Below the pieces are notes generated by a model that saw nothing but the letters and a program-made list of their open reading frames with translations, had not been told where the DNA came from and made no database searches. From assembly GCA_017399865.1 (NCBI GenBank), contig JAFQAT010000074.1:77-64076 (forward strand): DNA of 64,000 bases, written 5' to 3'. Position 1 is the first letter of the stretch. The number at the start of each line of letters is the position of its first letter. Of the stretch, positions 10,992 to 19,966 are shown one piece after another. The position numbers and the translations under genes were made by a program. The stretch comes from Bacteroidales bacterium. Its GTDB lineage: Bacteria; Bacteroidota; Bacteroidia; Bacteroidales; UBA932.

Positions 10992-11089
10992 CGGACGGTT
11001 TGATGCTCCATTGGCCCCCTCCCACTTCGTGGGCCCCTCCCCCTACGCGGGGGTGCGAAAATGCCAATTCCGCATTCAAATCCGCTCCG
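10992..11089. repeat. GC-rich multi-stem palindromic element (REP/MITE-like or structured RNA)
   Basis: Nested inverted repeats: cggacggtttgatgc/gcattcaaatccgctccg, attggc/gccaat, inner hairpins cccac-ttc-gtggg and ccccc-tacgc-ggggg. Confidence 0.6.
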
Positions 11090-11098
11090 TCATTGATA

Positions 11099-12445
11099 TC
11101 AATAATACCTGTAGAACAATGCAATAGCCTCCATACCGGCAAAAAGCTGCTTGAGGAGGTAGCTCTCGTTTGGAGAATGGATGGTGTCACGCTCAAGACC
11201 GAATCCCATCAGAAGAGGGTCTATCTCAAGGATACGCTGAAGATCGGCCAGGATAGGAATCGATCCGCCTCCGCGCGAAGGCACAGGCTCGATGCCGTAA
11301 ACTTCGGTCATAGCCTTCTCCGCAGCCTTATATGCAGGAGATGAGATAGGAATCAGGAAGCCGTCGCCACCATGATGAGGTATGACCTCGACCTTTACGT
11401 AATCAGGCGCGATGGCAAGGAAATGCTCTGTGAAGAGCTTCGTGATGGTCGCGCTGTCTTGATTCGGAACAAGACGCATCGAAATCTTCGCATGAGCCAC
11501 AGAAGGAAGTACTGTCTTCGCTCCTTCTCCGATGTAGCCGCCCCAGATGCCGTTCACATCCAGACATGGACGGATACCGGTACGCTCCAGGGTGCTGTAT
11601 CCTGCTTCGCCCTTCACTTCCTTGATGTCCAGGAACTCCTTGTACTCTTCCATATCGAAAGGAGCCCTTGAAAGCTTTGCCCTGTCCTCTGCAGAAAGTT
11701 CGACGACATCATCGTAGAAGCCTTTTACAGTGATATGTCCGTCCTTGTCGATCAGGGACGAGATCATGTCGCAGAGCACATTGATAGGGTTGGCTACGGC
11801 GCCGCCGTAATGTCCAGAATGAAGGTCTTTATTAGGTCCTGTCACCTTTACCTCGACATATGAGAGTCCGCGCATTCCGCAGTTGATCGAAGGGACTGAT
11901 TCCGAAATCATGGTAGTGTCGGAAACAAGGATGATGTCTGCCTTGAGCATATCCTTATTTGCCTTGGCCCAAGCAGCAAGAGAAGGGCTTCCGATCTCTT
12001 CCTCGCCTTCGAGGATGAACTTCACGTTATGCTTCAGACCGCCTTCACGGACCATGAACTCGAATGCCTTGATATGCATGAAAAGCTGGCCCTTGTCGTC
12101 GTTCGCGCCACGGGCATAGATCGCTCCGTCACGGATCTCGGGTTCGAAAGGATCTGAGTGCCAGAGTTCGATCGGGTCGACAGGCTGGACATCATAATGG
12201 CCATAGACGAGGACAGTCGGAAGCGACGGGTCGACGATCTTCTGTCCGAAGACTACAGGGTGGCCTGTTGTAGGATATACTGCAGCTTCGTCTGCACCTG
12301 CCTCCAAAAGCAGTTCAACAAGCCTCTCCGCACAGCGCTGCATGTCCGGCTTATGCTGCTCGAGGGAGCTGACTGACGGAATCCTTAAAAGGGAAAAGAG
12401 CTCTTCAAAGAACCTTTCCTTATGGGTCTCGATATAATTCTTCAT
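11099..12445 (-). CDS. M20 family dipeptidase
   Basis: YGHYDVQP, RGANDDKG, EGEEEIGS, DLHSG, IHSPNE. Confidence 0.92.
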   Translation of the reverse strand: MKNYIETHKERFFEELFSLLRIPSVSSLEQHKPDMQRCAERLVELLLEAGADEAAVYPTTGHPVVFGQKIVDPSLPTVLVYGHYDVQPVDPIELWHSDPFEPEIRDGAIYARGANDDKGQLFMHIKAFEFMVREGGLKHNVKFILEGEEEIGSPSLAAWAKANKDMLKADIILVSDTTMISESVPSINCGMRGLSYVEVKVTGPNKDLHSGHYGGAVANPINVLCDMISSLIDKDGHITVKGFYDDVVELSAEDRAKLSRAPFDMEEYKEFLDIKEVKGEAGYSTLERTGIRPCLDVNGIWGGYIGEGAKTVLPSVAHAKISMRLVPNQDSATITKLFTEHFLAIAPDYVKVEVIPHHGGDGFLIPISSPAYKAAEKAMTEVYGIEPVPSRGGGSIPILADLQRILEIDPLLMGFGLERDTIHSPNESYLLKQLFAGMEAIALFYRYY

Positions 12446-12461
12446 AAAATATATTGTTTTA

Positions 12462-14195
12462 TCATTTCTTTCCTCGTTTGAAGAAGAACGACTTCTGTTC
12501 CTTCTTCCTTTCTATGTCTCGCTCTACAAAGACCTTCTCCAGGTTTTTCGGATCAAGTCCGGTATAGAACATCACTGAAGACGTCGTCATAGGGGTAGGC
12601 GTAAAGTCCTGGACCTGATCCATATAGAGTCCCTGCAGGGCAGGATTACGTGCCAGGCGCTGCATTTCGCGCATTCCGCAGCCAGGGTGGCCGGAGATGA
12701 AGTAAGGCACGAGCTCGCACTTTCTCCCGCTGGACGCTACAATCCTGTCGAACTCGACACGCAGACGTTCAAAGAGTCTGAACGAAGGCTTTGCCATAAG
12801 CTTGAGAACGCTGTCTTCAGTATGTTCCGGAGCAACCTTCAGACGGCCGGACGTATGTTCCAGAATCAGCTCCTTCAGGTATGGATACGAAGTCTCGTCA
12901 ACGAATCCCTTTTCGTCCAGGAAAAGGTCGTATCTGATACCGCTACCGATATACGCATGCCTTATGCCCTTGACATCGGCGATACGATCGTACAGTTTCA
13001 GGAGACGTTCATGCGATCTGTCCATGTTCTTGCACGGGTGCGGGAACAGACATGACTTGCGACGGCATTTCGCGCACAGCTGCGGATCCTTTCCGCGCAT
13101 TCCGTACATGTTCGCGGTAGGAGCGCCGACATCGGAAATGTTTCCTGCAAATCCGGGCAGATCCTTCAATGCCTTGATTTCATCGATTATGGACTCTTCG
13201 CTGCGGGACTGTATGAACTTGCCCTGATGGGCTGCGATCGTACAGAAGTTGCATCCGCCGAAACATCCACGGTGGGTATTGATCGAGAACTTGATCATCT
13301 CGAAGGCCGGTATATGCTTGCCTTTGTAACGTGGGTGCGGAAGCTTTGTATATGGCAGGTCCCAGAACGAATCCATCTCTTCCTGCGTTGCAGGCGGCCA
13401 TGTAGGGTTTATCTGGACAAATCCACTGCCGACCGGCTCGATCAGCACAGGCGGCTGGAGAATGTTCGCATATGTCTCGACTACATGGAAATTCTCGGCA
13501 AAGGCGATCTTGTCCTTGCAGCATCTCTCATATGAATTCAGAATCACGGCATCCTTCGCTTTCGAACGCCCGTCCATATAGAAGCCAAGCTGAGGTATCT
13601 TCCTGATATCGTTCAGATTGCGTCCGGACTCGATGGCTCTTGTAAACTCTATCATCGTCCTCTCCCCCATTCCATAGCACAGCCAGTCCGCCCCGCTTTC
13701 AACAAGAATCGAAGGCTTAAGGGCATCCTGCCAATAGTCGTAATGGGTAACTCTTCTGAGCGATGCCTCGATACCTCCGATGATAACTGGAATATCAGGA
13801 TATATCTGCTTCAGGATCTTCGTATAGACGGTAACCGCATAATCGGGTCTCTGTCCCGCCTTTCCTTCCGGAGTATACGCGTCATCGCTGCGCAGACGCT
13901 TGGCGGCGGTATAATGGTTAACCATCGAATCCATGGCACCGCTGTTCACTCCGAAGTACAGACGCGGTGCTCCGAGCTTGCGGAAATCACGCAAGTCGTC
14001 GCGCCAGTTCGGCTGCGGCACTACGGCTACCCTGTAGCCGTGCTTCTGCAGCCAGCGGGCGATCACCGCCGTTCCGAACGAAGGATGGTCTATGAATGCA
14101 TCGCCGGTAAATAGGATCACGTCTATGTAATCCCATCCCAAGGCTTTGACCTCCTTGATCGAGGTCGGTATCATGTATGCTCCTGTTTCCTTCAT
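12462..14195 (-). CDS. ygiQ: YgiQ family radical SAM protein
   Basis: TGDAFIDHPSFG, HRGCFGGCNFC (CxxxCxxC), QVQDFTPTPMT; start moved to ATG 14195 because a -7 element overlaps the TTG at 14213. Confidence 0.9.
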   Translation of the reverse strand: MKETGAYMIPTSIKEVKALGWDYIDVILFTGDAFIDHPSFGTAVIARWLQKHGYRVAVVPQPNWRDDLRDFRKLGAPRLYFGVNSGAMDSMVNHYTAAKRLRSDDAYTPEGKAGQRPDYAVTVYTKILKQIYPDIPVIIGGIEASLRRVTHYDYWQDALKPSILVESGADWLCYGMGERTMIEFTRAIESGRNLNDIRKIPQLGFYMDGRSKAKDAVILNSYERCCKDKIAFAENFHVVETYANILQPPVLIEPVGSGFVQINPTWPPATQEEMDSFWDLPYTKLPHPRYKGKHIPAFEMIKFSINTHRGCFGGCNFCTIAAHQGKFIQSRSEESIIDEIKALKDLPGFAGNISDVGAPTANMYGMRGKDPQLCAKCRRKSCLFPHPCKNMDRSHERLLKLYDRIADVKGIRHAYIGSGIRYDLFLDEKGFVDETSYPYLKELILEHTSGRLKVAPEHTEDSVLKLMAKPSFRLFERLRVEFDRIVASSGRKCELVPYFISGHPGCGMREMQRLARNPALQGLYMDQVQDFTPTPMTTSSVMFYTGLDPKNLEKVFVERDIERKKEQKSFFFKRGKK

Positions 14196-14281
14196 ATCAT
14201 CCGAATCGTACAAATTTAATCAATATTTCGGATTAAGTGTGTATTTTTGCATACCATTAACCAACAAAAGGACAGGACCAT

Positions 14282-15490
14282 ATGAACATCGCTGTTTACA
14301 CCTTGACATCTCCTCTTCACAACGAAGAAGCCACCAATGCAGTATCTGCAGAATTCATTTCGGAAATCGAAGCTATGGCTGGATTCGGACTGGACATGAA
14401 GGGCAAGGATTTTTCAGAGTTCGGGAGCAGCGACCTGGACCTGATATTCGTCAGGACCGGAGGAACAGAAGGACTGTTCAAAGAGGTCTTCCCATCCCTT
14501 GAAGGAAGAATCGTCCTGCTCACATCAGGCAAGAGCAACTCTCTCGCCGCTTCGATGGAGATCCTGTCATACCTGAACCAGCAGGGCCGTGAAGGCGAAA
14601 TAGTCCACGGAAGCGCATCATATATAGCTGAGAGGATAACAGCCCTCGCAAAGGTCGGAATGGCGAGAAAGAAACTTGAAGGACAGAATCTCGGCATCAT
14701 AGGCAGGCCTTCAGACTGGCTCATCTCCAGCGATCCGGATAAAGAGGCCATTAAGAGAAAGCTGGGAATCAATCTTGTCGACATCAATATCGAAGAACTG
14801 ATTGAAGAATACGGCAGGACTGAATTCATGCCTTCGGAAACAGATGTAAATATTCCAGAAGGACTGAAAAAGTACTCGAAAGGAGCGTTCAGGATATACC
14901 GTGCCCTGAAGTCAATCATAGAAAGATACAGTCTTTCAGGACTGACCCTCAGATGCTTCGACCTTCTTGACACATTGGAAAACACAGGATGCCTGGCTCT
15001 CGCCCTGCTGAATGCCGAGGGCATTCCGGCAGGCTGCGAGGGCGATGTCCCCGCCCTCGTCACCATGGCCATAGGCCAGGCCCTGACCGGCACATGCGGT
15101 TTCCAGTCGAATCCGTCGAGGATCGATCCGCAGACGGGAGAGATACTCCTGGCCCATTGCACAGTTCCTTTCAACATGGTAAGGAGCTACAGATTCAACA
15201 CCCATTTCGAATCAGGCATCGGCATCGCGATACATGGAGAAATACCAGAGGGAGATGCCACGATATTCAAGGTATCTGGAGACCTGTCGCGCCACTTCTG
15301 CTGCCCTGCGGAAATCCTCCGCAACCAATATGAAAACAATCTGTGCAGAACACAGATTGTCATCAAAGCAAAAGGCAGCGCCAATTCGATATGCAGGGAT
15401 TATTTCCTGAAGAATCCCGTAGGCAACCACCACATCGTCTTCAGCGGAGACCGGACGCCTCTGTTTGAAGCATTCATGGCGTCTTTATGA
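14282..15490 (+). CDS. L-fucose/L-arabinose isomerase-like protein
   Basis: TGGTE, NSLAASMEI, LRCFDL, CEGD, AHCTVP, CRTQ, GNHH motifs of the FucIase-like family. Confidence 0.75.
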   Translation: MNIAVYTLTSPLHNEEATNAVSAEFISEIEAMAGFGLDMKGKDFSEFGSSDLDLIFVRTGGTEGLFKEVFPSLEGRIVLLTSGKSNSLAASMEILSYLNQQGREGEIVHGSASYIAERITALAKVGMARKKLEGQNLGIIGRPSDWLISSDPDKEAIKRKLGINLVDINIEELIEEYGRTEFMPSETDVNIPEGLKKYSKGAFRIYRALKSIIERYSLSGLTLRCFDLLDTLENTGCLALALLNAEGIPAGCEGDVPALVTMAIGQALTGTCGFQSNPSRIDPQTGEILLAHCTVPFNMVRSYRFNTHFESGIGIAIHGEIPEGDATIFKVSGDLSRHFCCPAEILRNQYENNLCRTQIVIKAKGSANSICRDYFLKNPVGNHHIVFSGDRTPLFEAFMASL

Positions 15491-15632
15491 TCAGTACGTC
15501 AGCTTGACTCCAAAGAAGAAAGTCCTCGGCAGGGTCGGGCCGGACATGAGAGAACATGCTGATACCTGAATAGTAACAGCAGAACAGAAGCAGAAGAAAC
15601 AATGCCTTGTATGTTCTCTTATGGCTCATCAT
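15474..15632 (-). pseudogene. Chimeric remnant: 5' end of a small membrane protein gene joined to the 3' end of a TonB-dependent receptor gene
   Basis: ATG 15632 (overlapping the DUF4491 stop) gives MMSHKRTYKALFLLLLFCCYYSGISMFSHV; 15541-15491 in another frame gives GPTLPRTFFFGVKLTY*. Confidence 0.65.
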
Positions 15633-15916
15633 TTATTATGTCCGGGTCCTTCAGGGAACCAGCCCTTCCTTACACGCTCCTTCTGCTGCATCAGCTCATA
15701 TATGCTCCAGAAGGACGAGAAGGATGTCACTCCGAGGATTGTCGATGCTATAAGATTATCTATCATTACGGACAGGGCACCGAAAAGGATGCCTGCAAGC
15801 AGGAACATCCACCAGCACTTTGACCCAAGATAGTATTCCGCCTTGATAACCAGCGGATGGAACAGGCCGATGATCAGGAAGGTCGCAAGACCTACGATTA
15901 TACCTATGAAATTCAT
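15629..15916 (-). CDS. DUF4491 family membrane protein
   Basis: IIGLFHPLVIKAEYY and WSIYEL..QKERVRKGWFP signature. Confidence 0.85.
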   Translation of the reverse strand: MNFIGIIVGLATFLIIGLFHPLVIKAEYYLGSKCWWMFLLAGILFGALSVMIDNLIASTILGVTSFSSFWSIYELMQQKERVRKGWFPEGPGHNK

Positions 15917-15925
15917 TGTATCTGT

Positions 15926-17809
15926 TTAGAACGCAAATATTAACGGGAGCACTAACACCATCACGATTCCCATGATTATCTGGAGAGGAAGACCTACCTT
16001 GATGAAGTCCATGAAGGTATACTGTCCTGCAGGCATCACAAGGGCATTAGGCGGTGTCGAGAACGGCGACGCAAAGCACATTGACGCGGCCACGGTCACG
16101 GCGAAAAGGAACGGAAGAGGGCTCACACCGATTCCGATAGCACACTGAAGGGCGATCGGCGCCATCAGCACGGCAGTCACCGTATTGCTGATGAATATCG
16201 TCATCACCGATGTCGCGAAATATACGGCCGCAAGAGCAAGGTATGGTCCGCTCGCACCGAAAGTGTTGACGATGAAATCAGCTATGATGGCAGATGTTCC
16301 TGTCTTTTCCAGTGCGGTAGACATCGGAAGCATTGCGGCAAAGAGCACTATCGTCTGCCAGTTTATGGTCTTGTAGGCAGCCTCCACGCTTCTGACACAT
16401 CCGGTTATGACCATCAGCACGGCAGCAAGGAGAACGGCAGTCACAGGCGCTACAGGAATAGAATCCACACCCATCATCACGATCATACCGATCATGATCA
16501 GCGCAGCTATCGGAGCCTTGTAGTCAAGGGTCACCTTTGCGGCTTCCTGGAGAGGCTCTCCGAGAACGACCCAGTTATTCGACTCATTACGCAGACGCGC
16601 GATATCCTTCCATGCTCCCTGGACCAGAAGAACGTCGGAATCATGAATCTTTTCCGAGCCGAGGTCATGGAGAAGATAATCGTGCTTCCTTCTGATTCCA
16701 AGGACATTGACATTGAATTTGCTTCTGAATCCTGTCTCCTGGATCTTTCTGTTGATCATCGAAGAAGATGGCATGATCAGGATTTCCGCGATTCCGATGT
16801 CGTAGAAATCAAGGGAAGCGTTTGAAGAACTGCCCTCAACCTCATCAGTATGGATGTCCAGAAGCCTTAGAGAGAAGTCTTCAGCAAACTGCTGCACCTT
16901 TTCAGGGTCGCCTGAAAGATACAGTACGTCTCCCTGCTGGATCATCAGGGTAGGAGATGCAAGCTGCTGGTTTACCGTCCTCACGAACTTGTTGTGTCCT
17001 GTGCTTCTGCGAAGCTCCATGACATTCAGCCCGTACTGGCGATAGATATCAAGATCGACAATGGTCTTTCCGATGGCTTCGGAAGGGCCGTTGATATGGA
17101 CACGGAAAAGATTGTCTGTAAGTCCGTATTCCTTCACGAGCTCTCCGAGAGTCTTTCCGGTATTCTTCTTGTCCTTGCTCTTCGACTTAGGAGTCAGGAA
17201 GACCTTGGTCAGCGGCATAAGCACAAGGATGCCGACTGCAAGGGTCACCAGGCCTACAGGCAGGAAGGTGAAGAACGAGATATCCTGGACTGATGAGGCC
17301 ACAAGACCGTTTGCCTTTGCATTGTTGAGGGTCTCCTGGATGATAAGGTTGGGAGGTGTACCGATAAGGGTCATCATGCCGCCCATGCTGCTGGCGAATG
17401 CCAGAGGCATGAGAAGGCGGCGCGTAGACGTGCCGGCATAGGCAGCCATACTCACTACGATAGGGAGCATCAGGGCGACAGTTCCCGTATTGCTGACGAA
17501 TCCTCCGATAAGCGCAGTAACAAGCATCACGAGGAGGAAAAGCCTCGTCTCGCTGGTTCCGGCGAGCTTGATTACCTGTCCGCCTATCATCTTGGCCAGA
17601 CCGGTCTGGAAGATACCTCCGCCTACGATGAACAGACCGATCATCATTATAACGGTGGTATTGGAGAAACCTGCAAGACCTTCTGCAGGGGTCAGAATCT
17701 GAAAAAGAAGCAAGGCCAGAAGAGCGCACAATGCGACAAGATCTGACCTGACTTTGCCGCTGACGAAAAGAGCGGCCGATATCAACAGTATTATTAAAGT
17801 TACTAGCAT
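15926..17809 (-). CDS. SLC13/DASS family permease with TrkA-C (RCK_C) domains
   Basis: GFVSNTGTVA, GGMMTLIGTPPNL, two soluble TrkA-C repeats, FISNTVTA, FASPFSTPPN. Confidence 0.9.
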   Translation of the reverse strand: MLVTLIILLISAALFVSGKVRSDLVALCALLALLLFQILTPAEGLAGFSNTTVIMMIGLFIVGGGIFQTGLAKMIGGQVIKLAGTSETRLFLLVMLVTALIGGFVSNTGTVALMLPIVVSMAAYAGTSTRRLLMPLAFASSMGGMMTLIGTPPNLIIQETLNNAKANGLVASSVQDISFFTFLPVGLVTLAVGILVLMPLTKVFLTPKSKSKDKKNTGKTLGELVKEYGLTDNLFRVHINGPSEAIGKTIVDLDIYRQYGLNVMELRRSTGHNKFVRTVNQQLASPTLMIQQGDVLYLSGDPEKVQQFAEDFSLRLLDIHTDEVEGSSSNASLDFYDIGIAEILIMPSSSMINRKIQETGFRSKFNVNVLGIRRKHDYLLHDLGSEKIHDSDVLLVQGAWKDIARLRNESNNWVVLGEPLQEAAKVTLDYKAPIAALIMIGMIVMMGVDSIPVAPVTAVLLAAVLMVITGCVRSVEAAYKTINWQTIVLFAAMLPMSTALEKTGTSAIIADFIVNTFGASGPYLALAAVYFATSVMTIFISNTVTAVLMAPIALQCAIGIGVSPLPFLFAVTVAASMCFASPFSTPPNALVMPAGQYTFMDFIKVGLPLQIIMGIVMVLVLPLIFAF

Positions 17810-17827
17810 AAACAAGCGAATATCCTA

Positions 17828-17835
17828 CAAAGATA
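17828..17835 (-). promoter_or_regulatory. -7 element for the SLC13/DUF4491 unit
   Basis: Reverse complement TATCTTTG. Confidence 0.55.
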
Positions 17836-17858
17836 CAAAAAACCTTGCCAAAAAGAAA

Positions 17859-18134
17859 TCACTTGCGGTCTATCCAACTCCATAAACGATACATAAGCCA
17901 CCCCCAGACAAGAAAAAGCACAATATGGGCCCATACAGGGACCGGTGCCTTATATGCATCCTCGTTTATAAGGCTCTCATATCCGGGAATATCGGCATAA
18001 TAATATGCACCGGCACCGAAATCATATCCGTCCACAACTCCAAGCCGGTTGGCTGCAATATATACTGCACAAATGACGACAGCCACGAAAACTCCTATCG
18101 TGACTGCCGTCATTATCTTTTTCCCGCGATCCAT
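17859..18134 (-). CDS. Small 2-TM hypothetical protein
   Basis: Two TM segments flanking DFGAGAYYYADIPG; start overlaps the upstream stop (TAATG). Confidence 0.75.
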   Translation of the reverse strand: MDRGKKIMTAVTIGVFVAVVICAVYIAANRLGVVDGYDFGAGAYYYADIPGYESLINEDAYKAPVPVWAHIVLFLVWGWLMYRLWSWIDRK

Positions 18135-19474
18135 TACTTGTACAGATCAAGTACAGGGATTTCAAAGAGGACACCTGACAAAAGAAGCCAGACTACTGCG
18201 AATGTAAGGATTATGTTGAAAAGCTGTCCTACCACATAAAGCCAGAGCACTTTTCCACCATGGAGATTCTTTGCGATCTCACGGAAATTTGTATCAAGGC
18301 CGATGCTGGTGAATGCAAGCACGAAGGCCCAGTTCTTATACTGGTCAAGCACAGAATTGATTGCCTTGACATCAGCGGTACCTGCAAGAGGCTGGATAAT
18401 GAATGAAGCCACAAGTGATGCGACAAAGAATCCGATAATGAACTTAGGGAAGCGGGTCCAGATTTCTCCGGCACCGACCTTACGCTCGGAATTCTTCTCC
18501 ACCTTGGTCGCGAAGAAAAGGGCCGTAAAGAATGCGATGAAACCGATAAGGATGTTCTGGATGCTCTTTACCAGGACGGCTGCCTGCTCGCCTTCAGCAC
18601 CAAGAGCGTTACCTGCAAGCACGACAGCACCAGTAGAGTCAACTGTTCCTCCGATAAGAGCCCCTCCCATCAGCGGGCTCATTCCGACAGCCTTGATGAT
18701 CATCGGTTCGAAGACCATCATAAGGATAGTGAAGATTATCGAAATCGAAATCGCGATACCGAGGTCGCTCTTCTTTGCGCCTGCTGCCGCTCCTGTCGCG
18801 ATGGCTGCGCTTGTTCCGCAGACAGATGTGGCAGAAGCAATGGTCATGACAAGAGGCTTGTTGTCAATCTTAAGAACCTTGGTTCCGAACCACCACATGA
18901 AGATGATGACTATAGGTGTGACTCCCCATGCGATTCCCAGACCGTAGAGACCGAACTTCGCGATATTGCTGAAAAGCACGCTGAATCCCATGATCACGAG
19001 ACCGGTCTTGATATAGAACTCGGTTCGGATGGCAGGACGAAGCCATGAAGGGACTCCGACGGTGTTCGAAATCAGAAGACCTATTATAAGAGCCCAGAAT
19101 GCCCACTCCAGATAACGGTTCAAGGTGAACTCGGCGCTTACCAGACGCACTACTATAGCTATAAGGAACAAGGCAGCAAATGCTGGAAGATATTCCTTGA
19201 TCTTTCCTCCCTGAAGCTTGACACCTGCGGTGAACAGGAGCGCAAGCACCACGAAGGTGCGGAGCAGCTTGCCGCCGAACGCCCATGTGAACTGTGCTGA
19301 AAGAGGTTTGAACGTCTCAACCTTTTCCCAAAGGTGCCATGTAGAAAATTTTGCTGCGCTGAAGTCAAAAGCGCCGGTAAGAACTGCTATGCATGCCACC
19401 AGAATGACGATAAAGCCAATCCATACGGCAAGCCAGTCCTCTGTTTTCCAAAGTTTTGAAAATGATGTTTTCAT
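18134..19474 (-). CDS. YeiH/putative sulfate exporter (PSE) family transporter
   Basis: EDWLAVWIG, EFYIKTGLV, SVCGTSAAIA, GGTVDSTGAV, FPKFIIGF, AFTSIGL. Confidence 0.88.
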   Translation of the reverse strand: MKTSFSKLWKTEDWLAVWIGFIVILVACIAVLTGAFDFSAAKFSTWHLWEKVETFKPLSAQFTWAFGGKLLRTFVVLALLFTAGVKLQGGKIKEYLPAFAALFLIAIVVRLVSAEFTLNRYLEWAFWALIIGLLISNTVGVPSWLRPAIRTEFYIKTGLVIMGFSVLFSNIAKFGLYGLGIAWGVTPIVIIFMWWFGTKVLKIDNKPLVMTIASATSVCGTSAAIATGAAAGAKKSDLGIAISISIIFTILMMVFEPMIIKAVGMSPLMGGALIGGTVDSTGAVVLAGNALGAEGEQAAVLVKSIQNILIGFIAFFTALFFATKVEKNSERKVGAGEIWTRFPKFIIGFFVASLVASFIIQPLAGTADVKAINSVLDQYKNWAFVLAFTSIGLDTNFREIAKNLHGGKVLWLYVVGQLFNIILTFAVVWLLLSGVLFEIPVLDLYK

Positions 19475-19522
19475 ATATCAATCCGTTTTCTTAAATTTGT
19501 ATCCACTTAATACTGTATACCT

Positions 19523-19966
19523 ATGTTACTATCCAAGGAAATCGCTGTAGAACTAAATCTTACAGGCTGTAAACTGAAGCAGTTCCTTGCTGCAAAGCTC
19601 CGTCAGATGGACGTGCCTCTGACTCCTGAACAGTTCATGCTCATAGACCTTCTGTGGAATCATGGCGAAATGTCCCAGCAGCAGCTGGCAGACCAGATGC
19701 AGAAGGACAAGAATTCGGTTACGAAACTTGTAGACGCCATAGAGCGCAAAGGCTTCGTAGTCCGTCAGCAGAACCTTAATGACAGAAGGTCGAACACCCT
19801 AGTCCTTACAGAGAAGGCAAATCAGCTGAAGCCGGGAGCGAAGCAGAAAGGAATCTCCATCCTTGACCAGATACTTGAAGGTATCGACGAGGAAGAACTG
19901 AGGGCATTCCTGACAACTCTCCGCAAGCTCAACAACAACATGACAATCTCTGAAAACCAGGACTAG
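19523..19966 (+). CDS. MarR family transcriptional regulator
   Basis: LTPEQF, SQQQLAD..KDKNSVTKLVD, DRRS wing; TAAATTTG -7 element at 19492-19499. Confidence 0.9.
   Translation: MLLSKEIAVELNLTGCKLKQFLAAKLRQMDVPLTPEQFMLIDLLWNHGEMSQQQLADQMQKDKNSVTKLVDAIERKGFVVRQQNLNDRRSNTLVLTEKANQLKPGAKQKGISILDQILEGIDEEELRAFLTTLRKLNNNMTISENQD

Noticed and set aside
10973-11098. PyrR attenuator upstream of pyrF
   Set aside because: No PyrR-binding consensus and no terminator U-tract; reported instead as an unexplained structure
14317-15177. 286-aa antisense ORF (also 22619-23314, 23563-24330, 24719-25381, 18303-18947 and others)
   Set aside because: Shadows of well-supported genes on the opposite strand; no recognisable motifs
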